Shown here piece by piece: positions 29,603 through 38,700 of a DNA stretch of 64,000 nt (position 1 is the stretch's first letter; each line of letters begins with the position of its first letter). The stretch comes from an uncultured Verrucomicrobiae bacterium (GTDB taxonomy: Bacteria > Verrucomicrobiota > Verrucomicrobiia > Chthoniobacterales > JAFAMB01), in the NCBI GenBank assembly GCA_963837955.1, contig CAWIPH010000002.1, forward strand, positions 2,176,001-2,240,000, in the 5' to 3' direction. A model generated the notes under the pieces. That model was not told the origin of the DNA, ran no database searches, and worked only from the letters and a program-made list of their open reading frames with translations. Position numbers and translations under genes: made by a program.

Positions 29603-30619
29603 TCAGTTCCGGGATGATCCGGCCGTCCGAGAGCGCCAAAGCGTCTTACCCGTTTTCTTGATGATTTCAGAAGCGCCAAAGACGATCAGCGTTAAAATCA
29701 GTACGGCGCCCGTGACTATTTGTTGTTCCTCCGGCGTCACGCCAGCGAGACCCAACGCGTTCTGAACGAAAGCAAGTACCAGGAGCGCGATAAGAACGCC
29801 GGTCATCGTGCCGGAACCCCCAAAGATATTTACGCCTCCGAGTACAACGGCGGTTATCACCGGGAGTTCGAGTCCAACGGCGGTATCTGACCGGGCACTC
29901 GCTAGATATGCAGTCAGAACAATCGCTGCTAACGAAGCCATAGCTCCGGACGCGACAAACACGCCGAGCATAGCTCGTTTGATATTGATCCCCGAGAACC
30001 GGGCAGCCTCCTTGTTGTTGCCGATTGCGTACAAGGCCCGTCCCCAATGGGTTCTGTGCAAAAAGACCGCGAACCCTAGAAAGAAAAGGAGGAAAATGAT
30101 CGAGCTCCACGGAATCGGTGTACCGTCGATCGTTCCGAATCCAATGCTTTGATACCACTCCGGGAAGCCGCTTACGCCACGTTCGTTGAGGATAATCTGC
30201 GCGACTCCTCGATATAACGCGAGCGTCCCAATAGTGACTACCAGGGAAGGGAGTGCTCCGTAGACTACGATCAATCCGTTGAGTAAACCCGCCAGCGTTC
30301 CAACGATAATGCCTAACAACATGGCCACTTCGACCGGAAGTCCCCGCTCAAGACATACCGCCATGGAGGCTGCACAGAGCCCGATGATAGATCCGACCGA
30401 GATGTCGATCTCCCCGGTGACAATGATCAGGGTCATCGGCAATGCAACGATTGCTGCGGGTGTCATGCCTGCCAGCGCGATCGAAATGTTCGAAGGCGTC
30501 AGGAAATATCGAGAAACCTGAGTGCCGCAGATGAAGGTCCCGATTAGGACGAAGAGGAGAAACATCTCCCACCGAGCGAGTGAACGGCGCAGCCAGGTTA
30601 TCGTCTGACCTGTGTTCAT
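29603..30619 (-). CDS. CUT2 sugar ABC permease (RhaQ/LsrD-like)
   Basis: RWEMFL, GEIDISVGS, PSLVVTIGTLALYRG, ELPVITAVVLGGV. Confidence 0.92.
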   Translation of the reverse strand: MNTGQTITWLRRSLARWEMFLLFVLIGTFICGTQVSRYFLTPSNISIALAGMTPAAIVALPMTLIIVTGEIDISVGSIIGLCAASMAVCLERGLPVEVAMLLGIIVGTLAGLLNGLIVVYGALPSLVVTIGTLALYRGVAQIILNERGVSGFPEWYQSIGFGTIDGTPIPWSSIIFLLFFLGFAVFLHRTHWGRALYAIGNNKEAARFSGINIKRAMLGVFVASGAMASLAAIVLTAYLASARSDTAVGLELPVITAVVLGGVNIFGGSGTMTGVLIALLVLAFVQNALGLAGVTPEEQQIVTGAVLILTLIVFGASEIIKKTGKTLWRSRTAGSSRN

Positions 30620-33264
30620 CGAGCGAACCTCCCTGGCATTAATTGCCCGCGTCGAGACTTGCGCTCCACCTGCTCGGCTCGTCTTGCCAAATGGCTATAG
30701 AAAAGCACGGTGACGAGGATCGCCGCACCGACTACTGCCTGCAGCCAGAACCGGTTGATCCCTAAGAGCTGAACCCCGTTCTGCAGGACAGCAAAGATCA
30801 CCGCGCCAATAGCCGCGCCATATACCGATCCGCTCCCGCCGAAAATGCTGACTCCTCCGACCACAACCGCCGAGATCGCTTGTAAATGGAGATCGGGCGC
30901 GATCACTGCGTCCACTGTTCCGAAACGAGCGCCCCAGAGGACGCCGACAAGGCCGCACAACAGTCCCGATAGGATGAATACCAAAGCAATATGCCGCTGC
31001 TCGCTAATACCGGCGAAGCGCGCGCTCTCCTGGTTGCTGCCGAGCGCATACAGGTTTCGCCCGGTCCGCGTGAAACGGGCGGCTAATCCGAACGCGACGG
31101 TCAGAAGGACTGCCAGCCAGACGAGCAGCGGCACGTTGGCAAGGTGAGCCCGAGCGATCTCCCCATAGCTATCTGGCAAGACTGTTGCTGAGATCTGGCG
31201 ACCGCCCGCGAGGACGATCACGCCGCCGCGATACATCGCGAGCGTCCCCAGCGTGGCGACGATCGCTGGAATTCGAAAAACAGTGACCAACAAAGCGTTC
31301 ACGGTTCCGAGCGCGACTCCGACCGCACATCCGAGGAGGAGTACCAAGAGAATCCCACCGTCGGGGTGATGCTGCAGCCAGTCGGCCGAAATGAATGCGC
31401 TGGTTGCGACGATGGCGCCGACCGAGAGATCGATCTGTCGTGCAATGATGACGAGGGCTTCGCCGAGAGCAACGATGCACACAAGAGTGGCTGACAGGGC
31501 GACCTGTTCGAGATTTGCTCCCTGCAGAAAGCGAGGCTCGCGTGTCGTCACTGCGGCGCAGATGAGGAGAAGAGCCAGAATGAGACCTAGCTCCCGGACA
31601 CGCAGCAGTTGTCCTAGGAGCGAACGGCCGGGCGAAAGCGTCGTCTTCTCTTCAGATTTCGATGCGGCGCCCAGAGGGTCGGACGCGTCGTGGTCTCGGG
31701 CTGTGTGAGCGGCAGCGAGCAGAATCGTCTCGCGATCAAATGAAGCACGGACGGATTCGGCAGCGATGCGGCCGCCCCGAAAGACGAGGATCCGATCGGC
31801 CATCCCGATCACCTCCTGCGCATCGTCGCTGATGAGGATGACGGCGATTCCCTGGGCCGCCAAGTGGGAGACAATACGATGGATTTCCGCCTTGGCTCCG
31901 ACGTCAACTCCTCGCGTTGGTTCGTCGAGGATGAGGACTCTTGGCGATGGAATTAGCCATTTCGCTAGCAGTACCTTTTGCTGGTTGCCACCGGAGAGCG
32001 TGTTCGTCAGTTGCTCGAGTCCGGTTGCGACGACTCGCATCCGGGTAGCGAAGTCCTGGGCGATCTGCGCTTCCCTCGTCCGGTCGACGAGGCCAACTCT
32101 GTCGGCGAGCTGCCGCAGAATCGGAAGTGTTTCGTTCGCGCGAATCGGAAACGGAAGCACGAGGCCTTGTTGGTGGCGGTCTTCGGGCAGGAACGAGATT
32201 CCAAGCCGCATCGCATCTCGAGCGGATCGAGGTCGAACGACACGCCCATCCAGTCGGATCTCGCCGCGGTCGGGATGGGTGATGCCAAAGAGCATCTGGG
32301 CGATTTCCGAGCGGCCGGCGCCGACGAGACCGAAGAAACCCAGGATCTCGCCGGACCGCACGTCGAAGCTAACGTCCTCCACGAAACCAGCGCCAGAGAG
32401 TCTCTGCACGCTGAGGACCGGCATTCCGATCTTAGTATCTTCCTTCGGAAAAAAGGCGCCGGGTTCGGTGCCGATCATGTGACGAACGGTTTGTTCCGGA
32501 GTGAGATCGGCGGCGGAGGACGTGATAATGCGCTTGCCTGAGCGCAGGATCGTCACTTCATCGCCCAATCCCAGGATCTCGTCGATGAAGTGGCTGATGA
32601 AAAGAATCGCCGCGCCTTGCTTCTTCAGCCGCTGAACGATCTCGAAAAGGCGGTCTACTTCACGACTTGAGATGGTCGACGTGGGTTCATCCATGACGAG
32701 CACGCGGGCATCGATGGACAGAGCTTTGGCGATCTCGATTGCCTGACGCTCGGCTATACCAAGCATCTTAACCGGCACACGAACGTCGATCTCGATGCGC
32801 AGACTCGATAGCAGCTCCTCCGCTTTGCCTGTCATCGCCGTCCAGTCGATTCGGCCCATCCGCCGCGGCTGGCGGCCGGCAAAGACGTTCTCCGCTACCG
32901 AGAGATCGGGAAAAACGGCTGGGTGTTGATGAATAACAGAGACGCCCTGCCGCCGCGCATCGGCGGCGCTAAAGATCGTGGTCTCCATCCCGTCTTTCAG
33001 GATGTGGCCGCTGTCCGGTTGATGAATCCCACCCAGGATCTTGACGAGCGTGCTCTTGCCAGCCCCGTTCTCGCCGGCAAGAGAGTGCACCCGCCCCGCG
33101 TAAAGACTCAGATCGACGTCGCTCAGAACCTCGACCGGTCCAAAGCGCTTCGAGATACCGCGAAGCTCAATGACAGGAGTCACTAAACTCCACCCCAAAT
33201 TGGTATCGTTCGGGTTCCGCGCCCAAGTGACGCCTCTGGGCTCTCCTGATGGCGCTGGTTTCAC
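30616..33264 (-). CDS. Fused CUT2 ATP-binding protein (two NBDs) + permease (RhaT-RhaP-like)
   Basis: [28 protein letters not shown], then a linker and permease motifs IDLSVG, PAIVATLG, ISAVVVGGVSIFGGSG in one 882-aa frame; real start possibly GTG near 33183. Confidence 0.88.
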   Translation of the reverse strand: MKPAPSGEPRGVTWARNPNDTNLGWSLVTPVIELRGISKRFGPVEVLSDVDLSLYAGRVHSLAGENGAGKSTLVKILGGIHQPDSGHILKDGMETTIFSAADARRQGVSVIHQHPAVFPDLSVAENVFAGRQPRRMGRIDWTAMTGKAEELLSSLRIEIDVRVPVKMLGIAERQAIEIAKALSIDARVLVMDEPTSTISSREVDRLFEIVQRLKKQGAAILFISHFIDEILGLGDEVTILRSGKRIITSSAADLTPEQTVRHMIGTEPGAFFPKEDTKIGMPVLSVQRLSGAGFVEDVSFDVRSGEILGFFGLVGAGRSEIAQMLFGITHPDRGEIRLDGRVVRPRSARDAMRLGISFLPEDRHQQGLVLPFPIRANETLPILRQLADRVGLVDRTREAQIAQDFATRMRVVATGLEQLTNTLSGGNQQKVLLAKWLIPSPRVLILDEPTRGVDVGAKAEIHRIVSHLAAQGIAVILISDDAQEVIGMADRILVFRGGRIAAESVRASFDRETILLAAAHTARDHDASDPLGAASKSEEKTTLSPGRSLLGQLLRVRELGLILALLLICAAVTTREPRFLQGANLEQVALSATLVCIVALGEALVIIARQIDLSVGAIVATSAFISADWLQHHPDGGILLVLLLGCAVGVALGTVNALLVTVFRIPAIVATLGTLAMYRGGVIVLAGGRQISATVLPDSYGEIARAHLANVPLLVWLAVLLTVAFGLAARFTRTGRNLYALGSNQESARFAGISEQRHIALVFILSGLLCGLVGVLWGARFGTVDAVIAPDLHLQAISAVVVGGVSIFGGSGSVYGAAIGAVIFAVLQNGVQLLGINRFWLQAVVGAAILVTVLFYSHLARRAEQVERKSRRGQLMPGRFAR

Positions 33265-33326
33265 ATCGGTATTGGCACGAGCCCGTAACCTTCCGGTTGC
33301 GTCCGCGCGTCCTCTCCGGACGATGA

Positions 33327-34430
33327 TTAGAAGTTGTAATCCTTGACGTTCTCTGGTGTGAACTGAAGCGGCTCGCCGGTGATGATTTGTCCTGTGGAGT
33401 CGATCTCATATTTACCCGGCCACTTTCCGTTTGTGATCGTAAAGGAATCACCAGGCTTCCCCTGAATCTTTCCCTCGGCGAAATATTTTGCCGCATAGTA
33501 GGTGACATAACCGAGTTTGATTGGATCCCAGAGGTAGAATCCCTGGATGGTGCCATCAAGCATGTATTTGCTAGTGATACTCGGGACGCAATTACCGGAT
33601 ACCTTGATCGTGCCTGCCTTGTGCACGGACTCGAGGGCCCGCGCGACCGCCGGAAGACCTGGGCAAGTTGGAGCAAAGATTCCCGCGAGATCAGGATACT
33701 TCGTGGTCAACGCAACCGTCGCGTCGAAGGCCTTTTGTTCGTTATCGTATCCGTAAACCTCATCTACCACTTCGATGTCTTTGTATTTCTTGAGTTCATC
33801 CCGGAACGCTTTGATCCAAGCATTCTGATTCGCAGCGGTCGGCTGGGCAGATACGATTGCGACTTTTCCCTTTGGTCCCATAGCCTTGACCAATAACTCG
33901 GCGCCGTATCTACCAATTGAATCGCTCGTCGCCTGATTGACAAAGAATGGACGGCCTTCGGGATTCGAATCCGCGTCGAAGGTGACCACCTTGGCGCCGA
34001 GTTTTTGTGCTCGCTTCATCGCGGGTACGACCGCATCGGGATCGCTCGGGGCGATCGCGATCGCGCGGATATGCCGATCTGCCAAATTGTTGATGAGTTC
34101 GACCTGCGCCTGCCCGCTCGATTGGGTTGGGCCGTAGTTGTTGGCGGTTCCTCCGATCTCCTTAGCGGCAATCCGAGCGCCTTCCAGCGTGGCGTTATAG
34201 TACGGATTCGTCGTCTCCTTGATCACCATGGCTAGCTCGAAATCGTCCGCCTTGGCCGCAGTCGGTCCAATGGTCAGTAAGGCCAACGTCGTTAATAATG
34301 TTAGTGACACTAGCAGATGCCGTTTCGCGCCCATTACAAACTTCTGGGTCTCCGCGAATGCGGAATTTAAGCCCGCCAGGCCGATCGCCGGCACTGTGAG
34401 CATCAAGTTCAGGGGGGGACTCATCTTCAT
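33327..34430 (-). CDS. CUT2 sugar-binding protein (RhaS/LsrB-like)
   Basis: NPYY, QVELINNL, VVTFDAD, FVNQA, NQNAWI, LWDP..LGY; start either 34430 or 34334. Confidence 0.9.
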   Translation of the reverse strand: MKMSPPLNLMLTVPAIGLAGLNSAFAETQKFVMGAKRHLLVSLTLLTTLALLTIGPTAAKADDFELAMVIKETTNPYYNATLEGARIAAKEIGGTANNYGPTQSSGQAQVELINNLADRHIRAIAIAPSDPDAVVPAMKRAQKLGAKVVTFDADSNPEGRPFFVNQATSDSIGRYGAELLVKAMGPKGKVAIVSAQPTAANQNAWIKAFRDELKKYKDIEVVDEVYGYDNEQKAFDATVALTTKYPDLAGIFAPTCPGLPAVARALESVHKAGTIKVSGNCVPSITSKYMLDGTIQGFYLWDPIKLGYVTYYAAKYFAEGKIQGKPGDSFTITNGKWPGKYEIDSTGQIITGEPLQFTPENVKDYNF

Positions 34431-34596
34431 ATTGCTCGGTTCGCTCTTTTCTAAGATTGATGAAACATCGGAACGTTGCACTTGATCGGCCGGGCGAAGT
34501 AAGGGGGGAGGGGCTCGGTCGGAGTGCCTAGTTTGCTATACTAAGAGAGAAGGACTGCTGGCGCGAACTGCTAATTTACGCCAGAATTATCGCAAA

Positions 34597-35763
34597 ATGC
34601 GCGCGAAGCACCGGAAACGGACCATCCTGCTGGCGTTAACATCGACCCACCACGGATTCTATCATGGCGCAGCGCGGTATGCCGCCGAGCACGATTGGCA
34701 CGTCGTCGCCGATATGATCTATGACGCTACGATACCCGTCGGCTGGAAAGGCGATGGAATCCTTTCCTTTGTCGGACATTGGGAAGAATTGGCGAACTTT
34801 GTGGTCTCAGCCCACATTCCAGTCGTCGAGATTTCGTCTGTGCGAAAGGATCTGGGAATCCCGTGTGTCATGGAGGACAATGCGGCCATCGGCCGTCTCG
34901 GCGCAGAGCATTTGCTCGAAAGAAATCTCAAGAATTTCGTCTGGGCGCCATTCTGGGATGACTCAGTTAACGAGGAACGATTTCAGGGATTTGCTACGGC
35001 CGTCCGCTCGGCCGGGTTCGACTGTGTCCGGCTGCTACCCGTAAACACTCGCCGGAGCGCCCGCACGAGCAGGCGCATGAACCAGACGTTACGCCGCCGG
35101 TGGGTGATCCACACCATTCGGTCGCTGCGCTATCCGCTGGGCATCTTTTGCTACAACGACTGCGTTGCGGCAGATATTGTTGACGCCTGCATCGAATCCG
35201 AAATTCAAATTCCAGACCAAGTTGCGGTTCTGGGCGTGGACAATGACCCCGTGATTTGCGATTGCGTGCAGGTACCGCTATCGAGCGTCCGGCATGATTT
35301 GGAGGGAATGGCATATGAGGCAGCAGCGCTGCTCGATCGCCTGATGGATGGCGAGCCACCACCGGAGATACCCAAGCGAATCACGCCAAAAGGAGTGGTA
35401 ACGCGAAAAAGCACCGAAGTTCTCGCCGTGGAGAACCCTGACGTGGCGTGTGCGCTCGGCTACATTCAAGAAAACTTTCCTAAGGGCAATTTGTCAGTAG
35501 ACGACGTAGTCGCTCACGGCCGCGTTCCGCGCCGCTCGCTGGAGCGCGCCTTTCGCGATGAACTCCAGCGCACGATACTTCATGAGATTCTCCGGGTGCG
35601 AGTTAACCACGCGCAAAAGCTGCTGGAGACAACTCCGCATTCGGTCACCGATATTGCAATCCGCTCTGGCTTTGCCAGCCTGAACCATTTCTATCGAGTG
35701 TTTCGTGATCGGACTGGCTTGACACCACGGGCGTTCCGGCTCGCGCGGCAACTGTCAATGTAG
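34597..35763 (+). CDS. XylR-type regulator (LacI-like sensor + AraC HTH)
   Basis: GDGIL, DNAAIGRLGAEHL, IPDQVAVLGVDND, GVVTRKST, RRSLERAF, GFASLNHFYRVF. Confidence 0.93.
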   Translation: MRAKHRKRTILLALTSTHHGFYHGAARYAAEHDWHVVADMIYDATIPVGWKGDGILSFVGHWEELANFVVSAHIPVVEISSVRKDLGIPCVMEDNAAIGRLGAEHLLERNLKNFVWAPFWDDSVNEERFQGFATAVRSAGFDCVRLLPVNTRRSARTSRRMNQTLRRRWVIHTIRSLRYPLGIFCYNDCVAADIVDACIESEIQIPDQVAVLGVDNDPVICDCVQVPLSSVRHDLEGMAYEAAALLDRLMDGEPPPEIPKRITPKGVVTRKSTEVLAVENPDVACALGYIQENFPKGNLSVDDVVAHGRVPRRSLERAFRDELQRTILHEILRVRVNHAQKLLETTPHSVTDIAIRSGFASLNHFYRVFRDRTGLTPRAFRLARQLSM

Positions 35764-35798
35764 AGATGTGCCGGGCAGCGCGTGGTCACGGAGGCTGG

Positions 35799-35840
35799 CT
35801 TGTCCGCCGAGGTTAGGGCTTTAAGGGAACGGAGGCTGGA
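35799..35840 (+). mobile_element. Mini-element CTTGTCCGCCG...GGA, diverged copy
   Basis: ctgg|cttgtccgccgaggttagggctttaagggaacggaggctgga|ag; ends resemble the inserts at 6996 and 40428. Confidence 0.55.
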
Positions 35841-35877
35841 AGCATCCGTCTACGCTAATGTCTACCTAATGCGCGAT

Positions 35878-37482
35878 TCAGGACAGATCGTCGCTCGACA
35901 TGGTCGGTTTCTCGCGAATCACTTCTTTCGCATCCTTGTCTTCTCTGACTCCGAGAAAGACCGGCTGGCGGAGACGATCGTCTCGAGTCCACTCCGCAAA
36001 TTTCACTTGGCAGACAATAGCCGGTTCTACCCAATGGCAGCGCTTCATTTCGGAAGCTGTCATTGGCTTGCCATATGGACCGCTCCGCGTTTCGGGAAGA
36101 TCGACAAAAGGGCATTGATCCCTTTCAATTTTGTTGAGCTTAGAAAAAAGAATGCGGAGAAGCTTTTCATTGAAGCCGGTGCCGACTTTGCCGGCAAACT
36201 TGAGTTTCTCGTCTTCATAAACGCCAACCAAGAGCGCGCCAAAATACTTGCGACTTCCTTCCGGATCGGTGTATCCGCCGATCACGAACTCTTGTTCCAG
36301 TTGCAGTTTGAGCTTGATCCAAGCACCGCTTCGTTTTCCTAACTCATATCTGGAGCCAACCCGCTTTCCAATCAGACCTTCGACACCAAGCTCTCTCGCG
36401 CGTTCCAGGAGGTCTGCACTAGCGTTTTCGATGGAGGCAGAATACCGGATTACACCGGGAGGCTCCTTGAGAAGCTTTTCCAGCTCTGCCTTTCGTTGTT
36501 CGACCGGAAGATTGTAGAGGTCCTTTCCATTCAGGCGTAACAGATCAAAGGCATAATAAAATATCGGCGGGCGCTTTTCACCCATCTCAAACGCTTGGAG
36601 CAATTGGAAAGATGAATGCCCGCCATCGTCTAATGCTACGATCTCTCCATCGATAATGGCATCCCGAACATCCAGCGCGGAGATCGAATCCATCACTTCG
36701 GTGAACTTTCCTCCCAAGTCTTTTTCGTTGCGGGATAAGAGGCGCGCTTCGCTGCCTCCGCGCAGAGCCAGAGCGCGAAAGCCATCGAATTTGATTTCGT
36801 AGATCCAATTGCCAGCCGGCATCGACTCGACCAGCTTTGCTTTCATTGGCTCGACAAAGGCAGGAACCGGTGCGGAACCGGTCGATTTCCTCTTCATCAA
36901 TCGACTCGACTTACTGGCCGGCCTTGACTGCCAAACCCTGTCCCCCTTCGACAGTTCCTTCATACTCTTACCGGAGACGGCGGAGGTATCGTCCAGCTTT
37001 TTGGAAACCGGCTTCATATCCTCCCCGGCTTTGATCAGCAGCCACTGTTTTGGATCCCGCAGCCGAACCAAATACCATTCACCTTTGAGTTTAGTGCCAT
37101 TCAGTAAGACGTGAAGTTTTCCACTCTTTAGCTCTTTAGTAGGCGTCTTGCTCAGTGGTTCGAAGGTTCCCAGATCCCATACCATCACTGTGCCTCCGCC
37201 ATATTGTCCCTTCGGAATCGTTCCCTCAAAATCGATGTAGGAAACCGGATGGTCTTCTACCTCGACGGCTAGATGCTTTTCTCCCTTGGCGAATGGGATG
37301 CCTTTCGGGACGGCCCATGATTTGAGCGTTCGGCCCAGCTCAAGCCGGAAATCGTAATGCAATCGGGAGGCATCGTGCTTTTGCACCACAAAGCGATGGC
37401 CCTTGCCGCTCTTCGAGAGCTTGGCATCAGGTTCCGCCGTCTTCTCGAAATTCCGTTTTCTGGCGTATTCTTTGAGCGACAT
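35878..37482 (-). CDS. ligD: NHEJ DNA ligase D: phosphoesterase + ATP-dependent ligase, no polymerase domain
   Basis: FVVQKHDASRLHYDFRLE..SWAVPKG..EDHP (PE domain); EIKFDGFR, DGEIV, EGLIGKR, WIKLK, EFVIGG, LRQPVF (ligase + OB). Confidence 0.95.
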   Translation of the reverse strand: MSLKEYARKRNFEKTAEPDAKLSKSGKGHRFVVQKHDASRLHYDFRLELGRTLKSWAVPKGIPFAKGEKHLAVEVEDHPVSYIDFEGTIPKGQYGGGTVMVWDLGTFEPLSKTPTKELKSGKLHVLLNGTKLKGEWYLVRLRDPKQWLLIKAGEDMKPVSKKLDDTSAVSGKSMKELSKGDRVWQSRPASKSSRLMKRKSTGSAPVPAFVEPMKAKLVESMPAGNWIYEIKFDGFRALALRGGSEARLLSRNEKDLGGKFTEVMDSISALDVRDAIIDGEIVALDDGGHSSFQLLQAFEMGEKRPPIFYYAFDLLRLNGKDLYNLPVEQRKAELEKLLKEPPGVIRYSASIENASADLLERARELGVEGLIGKRVGSRYELGKRSGAWIKLKLQLEQEFVIGGYTDPEGSRKYFGALLVGVYEDEKLKFAGKVGTGFNEKLLRILFSKLNKIERDQCPFVDLPETRSGPYGKPMTASEMKRCHWVEPAIVCQVKFAEWTRDDRLRQPVFLGVREDKDAKEVIREKPTMSSDDLS

Positions 37483-37521
37483 GGGTGTTTGTTAAATCGC
37501 AGAACCTGGCAGCAATATCGT

Positions 37522-38082
37522 TTATCCTTCCACGATCCTTTTCAGGAGATTGAACGCTGCAACCTGCTTACCCTCTTCCAGAACGGCCATCGCCTCCCGG
37601 ACCCGACGCTTGAGCTCTTCCACTTCGTAACGGTTATCCGCAACTTGCTCGCTCGGCCGAGGTTTGGGGAATTCTAGCAGTTTGTCCGGCGGCGCCTTTT
37701 CGAAACGCTCCTTCTGCACTCGATCTACTTTTGCCGATGCCTTCTCTTTTTTCGTTTCCGGTTTTGGCGTCGGTTTAGGTTCTCGATCGTTCTTCGAAAC
37801 AGGAATGGATTCGAGTAAGTCGTATTTGATACCTATGACGTGTTGGTCGAGGAACGCTTTAAGTGGTTTTGGAAAGATGAGAAATTGCCGAGATGTTCCC
37901 TTTTCAAAACCAATTGTCCCGTGGTCGGTTTTCGCGCTCCCGGACTCTTGGTATACAGTCATAACGCGATTCGATTTTATTGCCGCCTGTAATGTCTTGT
38001 CCTTAGCCGGGTCAATGAGCAAGAGATGAGTATCTGGTTTCCCGCACGACTCGACGATTTTTGAAAAGCGGACTGTCTTCAT
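37522..38082 (-). CDS. Hypothetical protein directly upstream of ligD
   Basis: 186 aa from MKTVRFSKIV; globular N-domain, Lys/Pro-rich linker, C-terminal helix; 39 bp from the ligD start, same strand. Confidence 0.75.
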   Translation of the reverse strand: MKTVRFSKIVESCGKPDTHLLLIDPAKDKTLQAAIKSNRVMTVYQESGSAKTDHGTIGFEKGTSRQFLIFPKPLKAFLDQHVIGIKYDLLESIPVSKNDREPKPTPKPETKKEKASAKVDRVQKERFEKAPPDKLLEFPKPRPSEQVADNRYEVEELKRRVREAMAVLEEGKQVAAFNLLKRIVEG

Positions 38083-38296
38083 GAAAGCCTTGGATTCGAA
38101 AAAGAATATTCCGCAAGAATAAACCTTATTCTTGCACTTAATAGGAAAGCGCGAGAACGCGTTTTTTGAACAGAAGGAAACTGAGATAACAGCACGGCAA
38201 GGCGCAAGCAAGGTGATTGGTGAGAGGTGAGAGGGCGGAAGCGAAGGATGAAGACCTGACTAGATTCTAAACTACGGTAACTGGAGATTCCGCGGG

Positions 38297-38695
38297 GCCG
38301 CCCATGCGCGTCAGCGTAAGGCTTAGAAGCATGCGCAGAAGATTCGTCCCGGAGGGACTCAATGAAAGTAGCCCAGTACGAAGTGCTGGGAAATAATGCA
38401 AAAAGAGGCGTCCGTCCCGCCAGGGACGATCGAAGTGTTTTGGCTCCAGGTCCTCTCGTATGCAGCTTCACCAACGTAAGGAACCCTCGATCGTCCCGTC
38501 CGGGACGGGCCGTTTTTTTCACGCCACCCCAGCACTTCGTACTGGGCTACTTTCATTGAGTCCCTCCGGGACAGCTCCTCTCTGCACATATCCATTTGTC
38601 ATCTGTCATGCGCTTCGCCAGACGGCTCTGATCAAAACTCAATGCATCTCGTCTGCTTCCCAACCTTTGCGCCTTTGCGTCTTTGCGTGAGATTT
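38297..38695. mobile_element. Composite REPIN/MITE-like palindromic element, copy B (no inserts)
   Basis: Perfect 45-bp inverted arms 38346-38390 and 38528-38572 around a 137-nt core; flanks are reverse complements of the copy A flanks. Confidence 0.85.
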
Positions 38696-38700
38696 TCCTG

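Noticed and set aside
35782..36342. 186-aa + strand ORF and other long antisense ORFs (e.g. 42490-43371, 24919-25713, 54624-55358)
   Set aside because: Shadow frames opposite well-supported genes in GC-rich DNA, with no motifs.
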